Of a DNA stretch of 64,000 bases, positions 1 to 13,086 are shown piece after piece. A program made the position numbers and the translations under genes. How positions within the stretch are numbered: position 1 is the stretch's first letter; every line of letters begins with the position of its first letter. A model generated the notes under the pieces. That model did no database searches, was not told the DNA's origin, and worked only from the letters and a program-made list of their open reading frames with translations. Origin of the DNA: Amphiscolops sp. MND2022 (taxonomy: Eukaryota); contig OZ076409.1 of assembly GCA_964187785.1 (NCBI GenBank), positions 18,168,001-18,232,000 of the forward strand, read 5' to 3'.

Positions 1-1263
1 CAAAAAATTAATGAAAACCGTGAAAATCGGAAAAAATTGAAAATTTTCTTTCCGGTGTCTATCCGAGACATTATTCACTTTAAAAAAACAGCATTTACCT
101 GTTAAGAAAAATACTACTTCTTGTTGACCAGTTTCAATTTTCCAATCAACGAATTCTGTCGAAAGTTTGGCAAAAAATGTATAAAATCATTGAAAGTTGA
201 AAATAAGTCGAGTTTCAGTCATTTTTGGTGTCAATTTGAGACAATTTCAAAAAAACCGCATTTATTTATTAGGAAAAGCCGTCTGGATAAAAAGTTTTTG
301 CCTTGTTGAACAGGTTCAACATCTTAATTCACGTCCTTTATCGAATATTTGAAAACAAATGCATAAAAAAGTTAAGCTCAAAAAGTTTCGCATTTTTTTG
401 TTTTTGGGGTCAGTTTCGGTTTTTTTGTTCAGGAAAACCGCATTTATTTCTCCATAAAAACCTACTGGACAACGAAATCTAGCCTTGTTGAAAGTTTTCA
501 CCATCTTCGATGTCTATAGAGTGGTGCTCAGACTGTTCACATTGATTATTCTCCATTCACAGTTTCTTGCTTTTTTGTTCTTTTCATTAAATACCAATTG
601 AGTCCAGAAAAAGCATTGCTCACAAGAAAAACAACAAAATAGATCACAGTCGAAATGAATAATAATATATGTTTCAATCTAATGCTAGAATACAAAATGG
701 CGCAATCAGCATAACATTCGAGGCTATATTTGTGTTCATAAAACGTTCAAGAAAACGATATGGAAGAAAACATAGAAGCAACTCCAAAAAATGGTGGTCT
801 CTCAAACGTCGACAGAACCACGGTTGAGTGGACAAGTACTACCGAACGACCCACTGAATAGGGCGGCAGACCGGAGCTGTACCCAAAACATTACCATTCC
901 TACACTAGAGAAGCAAGATCAAACCAACGCGAACATGTGGTGGCAAAAAAATGTCCAGTACATAAAAACGACAAAAGATTTTGAGTTGTAAACCATAACG
1001 AACAGCAAAGAATTTTTACCACAAAACCGTGATCAACTCAACACAGACTAAAAAAAGATATTCATATGGGCAATTAGACAGAATGCTAACACGGAAATGA
1101 CGAAAATGATCAGAGAAAGAGAACCGAGATCACTACCACTACATAAATTACACACGCTGTTCCGTCTACACTTCCTACCAGAATGAATTGTACATCGTAC
1201 CAAGGCCGACTTCTTTGACCTGAAGCGAAAAGATGAAGATTCTGCGGCAGACGTCTGGAAACG
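1..1263. repeat. Duplicated block copy A (AT-rich repeat plus Gypsy gag 5' part)
   Basis: Colinear with 2877-4141. ORF pairs 121/2998 and 791/3667 are near-identical. Confidence 0.9.
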
Positions 1264-2286
1264 ATCCTAGAAATAACAAAGGACTGCGAATACTAGACAA
1301 TAACTGCGGCTGAAATATTGGCATCAAAATTTCTAACCCTCATTGGAAAATCTACCGGCAACTCCAAACTAACGAAAAAGATTAGAAAGCGCGCTATGTG
1401 AGTAAAAGCCACAGCCGACACGATACGTAAATACATGTTTGAGAAAATCAATGACTCAACAGACACGGAGGAAGAGAAAGGTTCAGTACTTGAATATAAA
1501 AAAACAAGACCCACAAACGAAAACCGGGTAAACCAACGAATATCAAGAAGATGGATCGTGATGAATGCGGAGCACCAAACTGGTCACAGCAACACGAGTG
1601 TCCCTCTAGTGGAGAAATGTGCCAAGTACGGAAAGAAGGGTCATTTCACTAAATGTTGCCGTTCGAACAGAAAAGTAAACCACGTGAAGGAAGGAGAAAC
1701 AAGCTGCGCGTTGGAAGTTGACTGGTCACCGGACAGGACCCATTCATTAAAACAGAAAAAATTTTCAGCGCGTTCAACAAACAACAATGGTCCTGAATTC
1801 TTCACAATCACCGCATTGGTCAACAACCGACCAAACAGATTCATCATAGACAGCGGTTCATCGGTAACACTGATGCCAAACTCACAGTTCAACTATAAAA
1901 CACCATTACGTCCATTGGAAACAGAAAACAGGGAGGTGTATGACAACCGGATAAAAATGGAAAGGAAAACATTAGCAATTATAGAAATTGACGGAAATCA
2001 AAGACAACTGGGAATCCTAGGAAAAAAACGAACCCACTGCTGGTTTTAGACTGTACGAAAAAGCTGGAAGTAACGCCGGATACCAGTAAAACCGATCCAC
2101 AGATCAAACATACAAGCGAAGACCCAAGCATAACGGCACTGAAAAATAATTTCAAAAAACTTTAACGGAAATTATACGTTAAATGGTCTGGAAGCAGAAC
2201 TACAAAAAAGCGAAATTTCTGAAAAACTGATGATACAATGTCACATTGAAAAAGCAACAGCATCGACGAAAGCTCTCTTTGAAAAG
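755..2286 (+). pseudogene. Degenerate Ty3/Gypsy gag-protease-start of RT
   Basis: Frame-broken gag motifs (MWWQKNVQYIK, LFRLHF.PE, Zn knuckle CAKYGKKGHFTKCC) and protease FIIDSGS. Colinear with the intact-looking element at 17631-23538. Confidence 0.85.
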
Positions 2287-2876
2287 CAATTTGCGGACGT
2301 CGTTATTCTAATTAGAGACTTTTGAAGCTTTGATCTCACCAAAAATTTCCAATCTCAAATAAAACACCACATAGAATCACTAAAATTTTTGACATTTTTG
2401 AGATGTGGTGTCCAATTTGGGCCATTTTCCAACTGAAGTCGGCAAATATGTCCTTAAAACTTACTCGATCTTAAGTTCAGTCGTTTTTGAACGTTTTCCA
2501 ACATGCTGACTGCTGAACAAGTTGCATAAGATCTTGAAGATGTTGAAAATTTTCGCCTCATTCGGAGTCATTCTGAAGTGTTTCTGAAACAAACCGCTGC
2601 AACGTTCTCGCGAAAGGGGTACTGCAAGGCTTGCTTGTTTAATTTTGAACGTTTTGGAACTTCTATCCTATGAAATCTCTCAAAATTTGTAAAGAAATTG
2701 CAATAAAAACGACAAATACTGAAAGTTTTGGATTTTTCGACAATTTCCGGGCAGTTTGATGCATTCTGCTATTACAAATTGCTTTTATCAATTACAAAAG
2801 CCTTCTGAATTAACAAATTCTTCCATTGCTTGACAGTTTCAAAATTATAATTCAAATATCTATCCAAAAAGCAATA

Positions 2877-4141
2877 AAAATCAATGAAAACAGTGAAAAT
2901 CAGAAAAAATTGGAAAATTTTCCTTTTCGGTGTCTATCCGAGACATTAATCACTTTAAAAAAAACAGCATTTACTTATTAAGAAAAAAACTACTTCCTTG
3001 TTGGCCAGTTTCAACTTTCCAATCAACGAATTCTGTCGAAAGTTTGGCAAAAATTGCATAAAAACATTGAAAGTTGAAAACATTTCAATTTTCAGTCACT
3101 TTTGGTGTCAATTTGAGACATTTTTGAAAAAACCTCAATTATCTATTCGGAAAAGCCGTCTGGATAACAAATTTTTGCCTTGTTGAACAGGTTCAACATC
3201 CCAATTCACGTCCTTTATTGAAAATTTGAAAACGAATGCATAAAAAAGGTAAAATCAAAAAGTTTCGGTTATTTTGTTTTTGAGGTCAGTTTCGGTCTTT
3301 TTCATCGCATTTATCTCTGCATTAAAAACTACTGGTCAACGAAATCTAGCATTGTTGAAAGTATTCAACATTCTGATCTACGATGTCTTTAAAGAGCTCA
3401 GATTGTTCGCATTAATTATTTTACATTTACAGTTTCTTTGTTTTATTGTTCTTTTCATTAAATACATGCCAATTGAACCCAGAAAAAGCATTGCTCAGTG
3501 AAAAATCCAGACGATTTATTACAGTCGAATTGAAAAATCTTATCTGTTTCATTCATATGCTAGAATACAAAACGGCGCTATCAGTATAACCTTCGAGGCT
3601 ATATTTGTTTACCATAAAACATTCAAGAGAACGATATGGAAGAAAACATAGAAGCAATTCCAAAAAATGAGGGTCTTTCAAACGTCGGCAGAACCACGGT
3701 TTATTGGACAACTACTACCAAACGACAAACTGAATAGGACGGCAGACCGGAGCTGTACCCAAAACATTACCATTCCTACACCAGAGAAGCAAGATCAAAC
3801 CAATGCGAACATGTGGTGGCAAAAAAACGTCCAGTACATAAAAATGACAAAGGATTTTGAGTTGTAAACCATAACGAACAGCAAGAAATTATTACCACAA
3901 AACCGTGATCAACTCAACACAGACTAAAAAATATTTTCATATGGGCAATTGGACAGAATGCTAACACGGAAATGACGAAAATGGCCAGAGAAAGAGAACC
4001 CAGTTCACTACCACTACATAATTTACACACGTTGTTCCGTCTACACTTCACACCAGAAAGAATTGTACATCGTAGCAGGGCCGACTGCCTTCACCTGATG
4101 CGAGAAGATGGAGAATCTGCGGCAGTCGTCTGGAAACGGAT
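2877..4141. repeat. Duplicated block copy B
   Basis: Diverged copy of 1-1263. Confidence 0.9.
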
Positions 4142-4143
4142 GC

Positions 4144-5735
4144 AAAAGTCCAGCTGTCATCACGGGAGAGGAAGTCAATTCGGTAGAAATTGCATTGGAT
4201 ACACGTAAATTGAGCAAATCACTGTGGAAAAGAACTCAGATGCTGAATATGAAAGACTTGATCTCGAGAATGTCAAGAAAAATGGCGGACGCTCCAGCAG
4301 ATGAAAACTAGATATCAAAAAATTTGATCTGAAAAATTCATATCGACAGCTACTACTGACAAGAGAAGCCAGAAACCTATGCAACTGTGCTGTAACTGGG
4401 GGAACTTCACCGGTTGTTATGGTTTCCTGTAAGGATTTTACTGTTTAGCAGAAAGACCGACAGACTTCCAGAAAAATCGACCCACAGCTAGAAAAAAACA
4501 CTCAGCATAGTTAAATGACAACTTTGTAGTGACCAAAAGTTCGAAAGATGAACACACAAAAAGAAAATTATCGACGGTCTAACCAGCTTACAAAACGCTG
4601 GATAAAAATTGAGAGAAATCAAATCCGATTTTTTCAAAACGGAGCTTGAATGGATTTGCTACAAAACTGTCCAGGTCGGAATTAGGCCATGACAACAAGG
4701 CAACATATTGGCAAAAAAACAATACCAGCCAAAAATATGAAGGAACTAAAATTATTCCTGCGGGTCATACATAATTCGTCCGAATATTTTGAAAATCTCT
4801 CCGCACAAACGGACAAGTTGAGGCAATTACTAAAGAAAAACAACGAAAGGATATGGAAGAAAACACACTAGCATGCAAAAATCTCATACCAAAAAAGTAC
4901 GGCGATACCGTGACTAGCACTCTATATCTCAAATTAGCCGACCCGACGCAAGAACAAGAGTTCTCGGAGCGACATTATGGCAAGAACCGCCAGATGGGAA
5001 ATTCACACATTTAGGCTTCGCCAGTCGTTTTCTGCCAGAGACCGAAAGAAACACGCAATGAATGAGCTCGAGATGCTAGCTGTAGTTTGGGGCTTAGAGC
5101 ATTTCCGCCTATACAATTACGGTAAAGCCATAAAACTTTTCACGGACCACCAGGCTTTAAAACCGTTGAATAAACGGAACCGCTCCAGTTAGACATACAG
5201 AAACATACAGCGCACGAGTAACAAGATGGATGGAGTGGATAGCACACTTCACAATTAACGTGAACCATATTTCTGGTAAAACAGACTCAGTTCTCACAGA
5301 CTACTTTAATAGAAATCTCACAGCGCCGCCACAAACGGATGAAGCATACGATGAAGAATACGTGATCAACAGCATTCTAGAGCACTACAAGTTTATCTAC
5401 AAACACAATTGTCTTAGCAACCATAACAAACAGTCAAAGAGCGGAACGGTTGAAAGCGAGCACAGAGTAAACAACAAACCACGATCAAATGACGCGCGTC
5501 AACAAACTGCCATTGATTGCGCTAACAACACTGCACAGACACGTAATTTCAAACAAGCTAAACAATTCAAAATGAACCAATGTTATAATGGATGCGTGAA
5601 CAATCGACAACCTTGAAGTGGTAGATTCATCCACCGAAACCACCGACTTGATTAGACGGTTGAGAGAGATAGTAAAACCCGGCATTTACCGAATGACTTG
5701 GAGAAGGTGGAAACGTTAACACGAGCCAAAATTCT
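4144..5735 (+). pseudogene. Degenerate Gypsy RT-RNase H fragment
   Basis: SPAVIT..IALDTRKL, ELKLFL, NELEMLAVVWGLEHFRLY, TDHQAL, YDEEYVINSI. Many stops and frameshifts. Confidence 0.9.
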
Positions 5736-5757
5736 TAGGGAGCGCAGGAAAAAAATT

Positions 5758-6068
5758 TCAAAACTTGCGTTTTCCAAACTAATAAAAAAACTGAAGCAGG
5801 GAACCTGAGAAGAAAAAACTTTCCACTGTTTTTGAGAAAACTCTCACCAGTCTCACAGGGCCAAAAACCAACGCAAGAACTTTTCACGCTATTTTTGTTT
5901 TCATGTTTTCTCTTAAAGAAATCCTTTTCTCGAGTCCTAAGGGTAACCTCTTGCGTTGGTTTTTGGCCCTGTGAGACTGGTGAGAGTTTTCTCAATAACA
6001 GTGGAAAGTTTTTTCTTCTCAGGTTCCCTGCTTCAGTTTTTTATTAGTTTGGAAAACGCAAGTTTTGA
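5758..6068. mobile_element. Foldback/MITE-like palindrome (arms about 120 bp, spacer about 70 bp)
   Basis: 5758-5878 is the near-perfect reverse complement of 5949-6068. It truncates the Gypsy pol fragment. Confidence 0.8.
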
Positions 6069-7174
6069 GACTAGAGGGTCACACCTTTGTGCAATTTCGG
6101 AATGATGCGACTTTTGTGCAAAAAATTGAGACAATTTTGATTTTGTGATATTTTTAGGAAAATTTTTTAACTCAGAAAGGTCTGGCGTTGGAATATATCT
6201 TTTCTGGAATACAGCTACACGATGATGCTTTTTTGTGTTATCAAGAATCGTAACAGCACTATGTCATCACAGTGACGGTTGTGAAAATGAATGTCAGTTC
6301 TAAAAATATTGTCCAGAATATGATGCTGAATGAAAAAGGAAAATTCAGTTACCCGGCTTCATAGGTACTGAATTGGTCTTCCAAAACAGTGTATCAACTT
6401 TATCTGTATTCAAAAAGTTTCTATTGACTTCAACAACCCAACAGTACACACTTTTCTTCTATACTTCACTTTCGCAACTTCAGGAACAAGTCATTTTCAC
6501 TTGAAAGAGCGCCTTTTATTTCAGATTCTTTACACCACAGCAATCGGTTTTCTTTTCTAAGATAGACAGCAAAAGTAATAGACACACATGGCGATTAAAT
6601 TACAGTTAGACTTACAGAAACATACAGCGCACGAGTAACAAGATGGATGGAGTGGATAGCACACTTCACATTTAACGTGAACCATATTTCTGGTAAAACA
6701 GACTCAGTTCTCACAGACTACTTTAATAGAAATCTCACAGCGCCGCCACAAACGGATGAAGCATACGATGAAGAATACGTGATCAACAGCATTCTAGAGC
6801 ACTACAAGTTTATCTACAAACACAATTGTCTTAGCAACCATAACAAACAGTCAAAGAGCGGAACGGTTGAAAGCGAGCACAGAGTAAACAACAAACCACG
6901 ATCAAATGACGCGCGTCAACAAACTGCCATTGATTGCGCTAACAACACTGCACAGACACGTAATTTCAAACAAGCTAAACAATTCAAAATGAACCAATGT
7001 TATAATGGATGCGTGAACAATCGACAACCTTGAAGTGGTAGATTCATCCGCCGAAACCACCGACTTGATTAGACGGTTGAGAGAGATAGTAAAACCCGGC
7101 ATTTACCGAATGACTTGGAGAAGGTGGAAACGTTAACACGAGCCAAAATTCTTAGGGAGCGCAGGAAAAAAATT

Positions 7175-7485
7175 TCAAAACTTGCGTTTTCCAAACTAAT
7201 AAAAAAACTGAAGCAGGGAACCTGAGAAGAAAAAACTTTCCACTGTTATTGAGAAAACTCTCACCAGTCTCACAGGGCCAAAAACCAACGCAAGAACTTT
7301 TCACGCTATTTTTGTCTTCATGTTTTCTCTTAAAGAAATCCTTTTCTCGAGTCCTAAGGGTAACCTCTTGCGTTGGTTTTTGGCCCTGTGAGACTGGTGA
7401 GAGTTTTCTCAATAACAGTGGAAAGTTTTTTCTTCTCAGGTTCCCTGCTTCAGTTTTTTATTAGTTTGGAAAACGCAAGTTTTGA
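7175..7485. mobile_element. Second copy of the foldback palindrome, inside the tandem duplicate
   Basis: Same arms as 5758-6068. Confidence 0.8.
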
Positions 7486-10400
7486 GACTAGAGGGTCACA
7501 CCTTTGTGCAATTTCGGAATGATGCGACTTTTGTGCAAAAAATTGAGACAATTTTGATTTTGTGATATTTTTAGGAAAATTTTTTAACTCAGAAAGGTCT
7601 GGCGTTGGAATATATCTTTTCTGGAATACAGCTACACGATGATGCTTTTTTGTGTTATCAAGAATCGTAACAGCACTATGTCATCACAGTGACGGTTGTG
7701 AAAATGAATGCCAGTTCTAAAAATATTGTCCAGAATATGATGCTGAATGAAAAAGGAAAATTCAGTTACCCGGCTTCATAGGTACTGAATTGGTCTTCCA
7801 AAACAGTGTATCAACTTTATCTGTATTCAAAAAGTTTCTATTGACTTCAACAACCCAACAGTACACACTTTTCTTCTATACTTCACTTTCGCAACTTCAG
7901 GAACAAGTCATTTTCACTTGAAAGAGCGCCTTTTATTTCAGATTCTTTACACCACAGCAATCGGTTTTCTTTTCTAAGATAGACAGCAAAAGTAATAGAC
8001 ACACATGGCGATTAAATTCACCAACGCTAGAAAAAGAAAATATTATCTCAGAAACAGACTTATCACAAGGTAATCAAACTACAGTTAATGTTTTTAAAAT
8101 TACTGAAAGTCTTGCTTCTAGTTTGAATCGAACCATCTTATATCAACACTGAATTGCGAGTACTTTGACAATGACAAACAGAACAAAATAACAATAGCAA
8201 GATGTCTGAAACGGAGAAACAACTAGAAAACAACTTTCCTAATTAGTCCTCAAAGAAGTCAGATAAAGAAAAGCTAGTCTAACAAATGAGAACAACTGCC
8301 TCGACAACAGTGCTTGCGAACTTCACAGGTAGATAAAAATCAATCTCGGAGGAGAATGACGTGACCAGAATGACGTTAAGAGAATGACAAAAAAGGCACA
8401 CATTGAACACATGAATGTGGGCCGCGATGTGGAAGGAGCGATTACCAATCATATGGTGATGTTCAGGACGAAGACTGGGGAGAAACAACTGGCAGAGGGC
8501 CCTAAAATCAAAAATAAACAAAAAACAAAAATTCGGTTAGTTCTTCCTATAGACTTGATTTTTTAAAAACAATCAGAAATCACTTGAAGGGAGATTTCAA
8601 AAGAACACACAAACCCATTAGCCGAAAACCCATTGTTTATGAAAATCGTATGGAGAGTTTTCGAGCAATTTGAAGTTTTTCTTGATAGATCAGGAAAAAA
8701 TGTACGAATGCGTAAGTAGTCCAAAATTTTCCGACTCTTATTTACCATTGTAATTCTGATAAATAATTGAGAGAGGATTGATTTTGATCTCGATTTTGTT
8801 CTTCTTAGAAGAAAGTCCTCGCTTTTCCTCAACATCCTTAGTTATATTAGAATTATTCTACTCAAACTGCTTCTGCATACGGTGGCTGTAACGACACTCT
8901 TTAGATACATTTGTTGGATATGAAAATTCTGGAGACTTATGCGCAGCGCCGACTTGAGACGTTTTCGTCGTTGTGTACCAGCGAAAACGCAAAGAACCGC
9001 AGAACAGCTATATGAATGCTGTGATGTTAATCAAAATTTTGATTTCGAAAATTTCGTTTGATGCTGTTAAATCGGGAGTAACTTTCCGATAGAATTTCAA
9101 CAAATTTGGGATGAATTTATTTTCTTTGCTTTCACTTGCAAGATTTTAAAATGAAACTGCTATCTTCGAAGAATCTGGAGAAATGACTTCAAGATTTGCA
9201 TAACTTTGCAGTATATTGCAAGATATGACCCGGGGTTTTCTGAAAAGTAACATTACCATAGCCAGAATTTCATTCCGATGAAAATTTTTCTCGTTTCCAT
9301 CGTCAACTTTCGATTGAAACCACGTTTCAAACGCGTCAAAATGTAGACAGGCACCTAAAAAACTTGACACTAATCGTAACCGAAATTTCCAGCTCCAGAA
9401 TTTTAGATATTTTAATTTTTTGAGAAAAACGGTTTTATTAAGCAGGCAATGAGCATCAGGCAAAACTCTCGCTTTGAAAGTTGCGTTATTACGTGAAAAC
9501 ATTATTTCTAAAAAACTGCTAAAAATTGCAGCCCTACCAGGCTATGGTACGCGCAATAAAAGCTGGGCATATTGAGCAGAAACGTTTTTAAGAAATTCAG
9601 CCCAGACACGAAGATGATGATTTCAATAATGTTTTGGTCGTTGTTCATTTTTGGCACTGATACTGATGCCATTTCGGACAGAAAAAAAACGAGACGCTCG
9701 CTGAGCAGCGAGATATTTTCCGCCCCCAAACTGTTCTACAACTACATAAATTTGAAGCTCTAGAATAGCTAATGCACTGTAAAAAAAGCAAACATGTTCG
9801 AATAAAAGAAAGCTTTGATTCATTTTAGCCCATTTCAAAGGAAAATCTATTTTATTATTTCTGTGATAGCCCGCCACTTTTCGTTTTTTCGGCACTATGC
9901 GACTTACCGAGTAAAGAGAAAGTTTCCGATGAAAATTTTTCTAAAACAATTTCTGAAAAACAATTATCAAAATTTAGGTTTTTGAGGTTTACTGTAATAG
10001 AAATAAGTTTCCCGAGTCTTGAGGCTGAACTCTTTGTTACTCTTGATCATGTAGAACTGATGAGTTATCTTAATGATAGTGGAAAATACCTCATTTCAGT
10101 TTTTTCGGCTGTGTGTCTTTCCGAAACTTTCATTTGGTCAAAAGGTACCCCCTTGCTTTTCAGCTGATTTCAGCTTGCTTGAGAAAAGTAGTTTTGTGAG
10201 CTGAAACTTGTTTCGCCATCATAAGACTTTACCGATTAAAAAATCAAAAAATTGAAAATTTTTATGATTCATGTTAGGGAAAAAGTAGTTTCCGAGGCTC
10301 AGGCGTATTTCTTGGGGTAATTGTTGGCACTGAGAAAATAAGAAAAGTTTGAAACTAGGTCTTTCGCAAGTTTAACAAACTTGAACGGTTCCGGTTTATG

Positions 10401-12556
10401 ATATTTCACATGGTTTCACCAGAAGTGTCAAAAATTGGGATTATTTTAGACAACGTTCTGGTCATTTTGAGGAACTTCTCTAACAAGAATCTCGAGAGGT
10501 TTCTTCGAAAAGAACCCTATTGGACACCCAGTTGCGTTGTTGATGAATGTTTACACCAATCTAAGCAACGAAGTAGCTCGAAACATTTTACTTTGGAAGG
10601 TAAACTCCATATCTAGTGATTTTGCTTGGAGCTTATTGAAAATTAAATATTTGACTAATAAGTTCGATGTGTACGTTTTCAAGTAAAATTTTTGAAATTT
10701 GTGCGAATAAACTTGTCTGATAGTTCGAAACACTACTGGTAGCTACACGTTTCAATACCGAGCCTATTGTATTTCTTATTAGAGTAAATTTTCGGAAAGG
10801 GTCCAAAATTGGGATTATGTTCTTGAAAGTTAGGAAAATTTGGAAACTTTAACACCTTTGTTGTTAACTCAATGAACTTCATTCCACTTGTTTCCCAATT
10901 GCAATTTGAATACCCTAATGTTTCAACGCTCAGGTCAATGGAAATTGTTTTCTGCAACAACTTTCGTGGTTTGAACAAAAAGTGAGATTAGGTTGTCAAA
11001 AAACGTGCTTTTTTGTTGTTTCAAGGATTTTGAGAGTGAGGACAATCCCAGCGAAAAAGTGCAGTTACATCTTCAAAATTGCCTACTGGATACCAGAATT
11101 AGTTATTGCTGAGTTTTTGGAACCATTTTGTGCAAGGAAGTAGCTGAATAATAGTACAAAAAACTGCCTAAAGTGTAAAAACTTGAAAATTCTCAGTTTT
11201 TGCATTATTTGGAATATTCTGAGGAAATTTTCTTCCATTAAATAGGCCAATTTTGTTTTAAAAACGTGCTGTAGACCTAGTTTTATCATCCGGAGCTTTT
11301 TGAAGCTTTTATCTCACAAAAACTTTCTCATCTCAAATAAAAATTCACTGAAAATGTCAGAAATCGTCAAAAATTTCAACATTTTCAAGTGTTTGTGGTG
11401 AGTTTTGAGCCATTTCCAACCGAAGTCCGCAAATATTTCTTTAAAAGCCTACTGGACTATGAGTTCAATCTTTGTTGAATGATTGCCAACATTCTGACTC
11501 CAAATCGATTCAAAAAGTACACAAGTTGCACAAAAACGAAGATAATGAAGTTCTTCGACTCATTTGGAACCATTCTGAAGTGTTTACGAATCAAAACGCT
11601 GCAACGTTCTCTTCAAAAAAAATAAAGCATAGCTTGTTTTTTTGTTGTTAATTGTGTTGGAACTAATAACGAAATCTCCCGGAAATTTTACAGTGATTGC
11701 ATCGAAAACGAAAAAGTTAAACATTTTCGACAAATTTCGACAATCTCTCGACAAAAGCTCACAGAAACAACAAGTTGTCCCATTGTTCAGGCGTTTTTAC
11801 ATTCTAGTCCACGACGTCTATGAATAGTTTGACAAAAATTCAACAAAAATGGTGAAAATCCTAAAATTTTCGAATTTTTGTCTTTTTCGATGTCAAAGAC
11901 ATTTTTCTTTTGAAAAACTGCATTTATCTCTTCTCTAAGCATACTGGGCATCACATTCTTTCCTTGTTGACCATTTTCAACATTCCAATCCACGAAGTTT
12001 GTCAAACATTTGACAAAACATGCATAAAAACTTTGAAAAATGGAAAGTTTTCAGTTTTTTGTCAATTTCAATGTCAATTTGAGATCGTTTCTATTTGCGA
12101 AACAGTTATTGTCTCTTCATAGATGACTTTTGGACAACGAGTTCGTGCGTTTTTCGAACGTTTCCAACTTTCTAATCCACGACATCTATCGAAAAATTGA
12201 CAAAACTGCTTTAAATTGTAAAAAATTCAAAATTTTTGCAAATTTTCTCATTTTTGGGTCATTCTGGGGTCCTTGAGGTCAACAAAATATGTCCAGGAAT
12301 CTCCACAAATACATATCGCATGAAGCTAAATTTTTGTGAGTTGAATTCTATGGGTAACACTCCTAAAGTTAAATATAAAATTGGTGCTTTGCAAATTTTG
12401 TAAAAAAAAACATTATAAAAAATGTTCGGAAAATCTAGGATTAGCGAAAGGTAATTCAGCAGTTAACATTTTTTGTACAGTTAACAGTTTTGACATATAT
12501 GACTGAAAGACAGAATAAAATTGTCGGAAACTGTAATCCGCAAACGAGGTCTCCTT

Positions 12557-13086
12557 GTTTTTAGTCGGCGCATTTTAGTAGAAAATGTGCCCAACTCTTA
12601 CAGTGGGTAGCTTTTTTAGACGCGTAAGGTTCACTTTTTTGTTCATTTGTTCAACACCGTCAAACCTCAACAACTTCGAACCTCAAAAGCGCGTCCAAAA
12701 CGAAAAGAAGAAACAAAACACGTCCAGAACCTCGAAATCACACTAATGATCCCCCCATAGCGCCACTTTTTTTCGGCACTGTGCGACTTTTAAAACTTTT
12801 TGGATTGTACCAAATGGCCCTCCTTCATTTGTTTCAACATTTTGCAACACAATGGATGTCAAAAAATCCCTAAGGGTCCCCCCTTTTACATTTTTCGGCA
12901 CTGTGACACTTCAAAAATATCATATTAAATTTTTTTTTTGAAATTTTTTCAAGTCCCCAAAGGGCTCCCCTTCAATTTTTTTTCATATTTTACAACCAGA
13001 TGGAGTTTCACAAAGCCCGAAGGGTCCCCCCTTTTACAATTTTGAGCCTTAGATATAGCGTCGACTTTGGCCGTTCTCGGCTTGTT
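12557..13086 (-). mobile_element. Non-autonomous Helentron/DINE-1-like repeat
   Basis: Read on minus: AACAAG start, subterminal AGTCGGCGC-like inverted repeat pair, TTTCGGCACTGTG and AAGGGTCCCCC modules. The family recurs at 28492, 29352, 42843 and 51488. Confidence 0.55.

Larger units (their letters stand above)
5186..8018. repeat. Near-perfect tandem duplication, unit about 1417 bp (5186-6602, 6603-8018)
   Basis: ORF pairs 5230/6647, 5735/7152 and 5832/7249 are each offset by 1417 bp. Only a few substitutions are visible. Confidence 0.95.

Noticed and set aside
5735..6047. Mirror ORFs MRKLSPVSQGQKPTQE on both strands
   Set aside because: Artefact of the palindrome.
8600..12500. Many short F/K/L-rich ORFs
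   Set aside because: AT-rich repeat DNA, partly similar to 2290-3400, with no domain signal.
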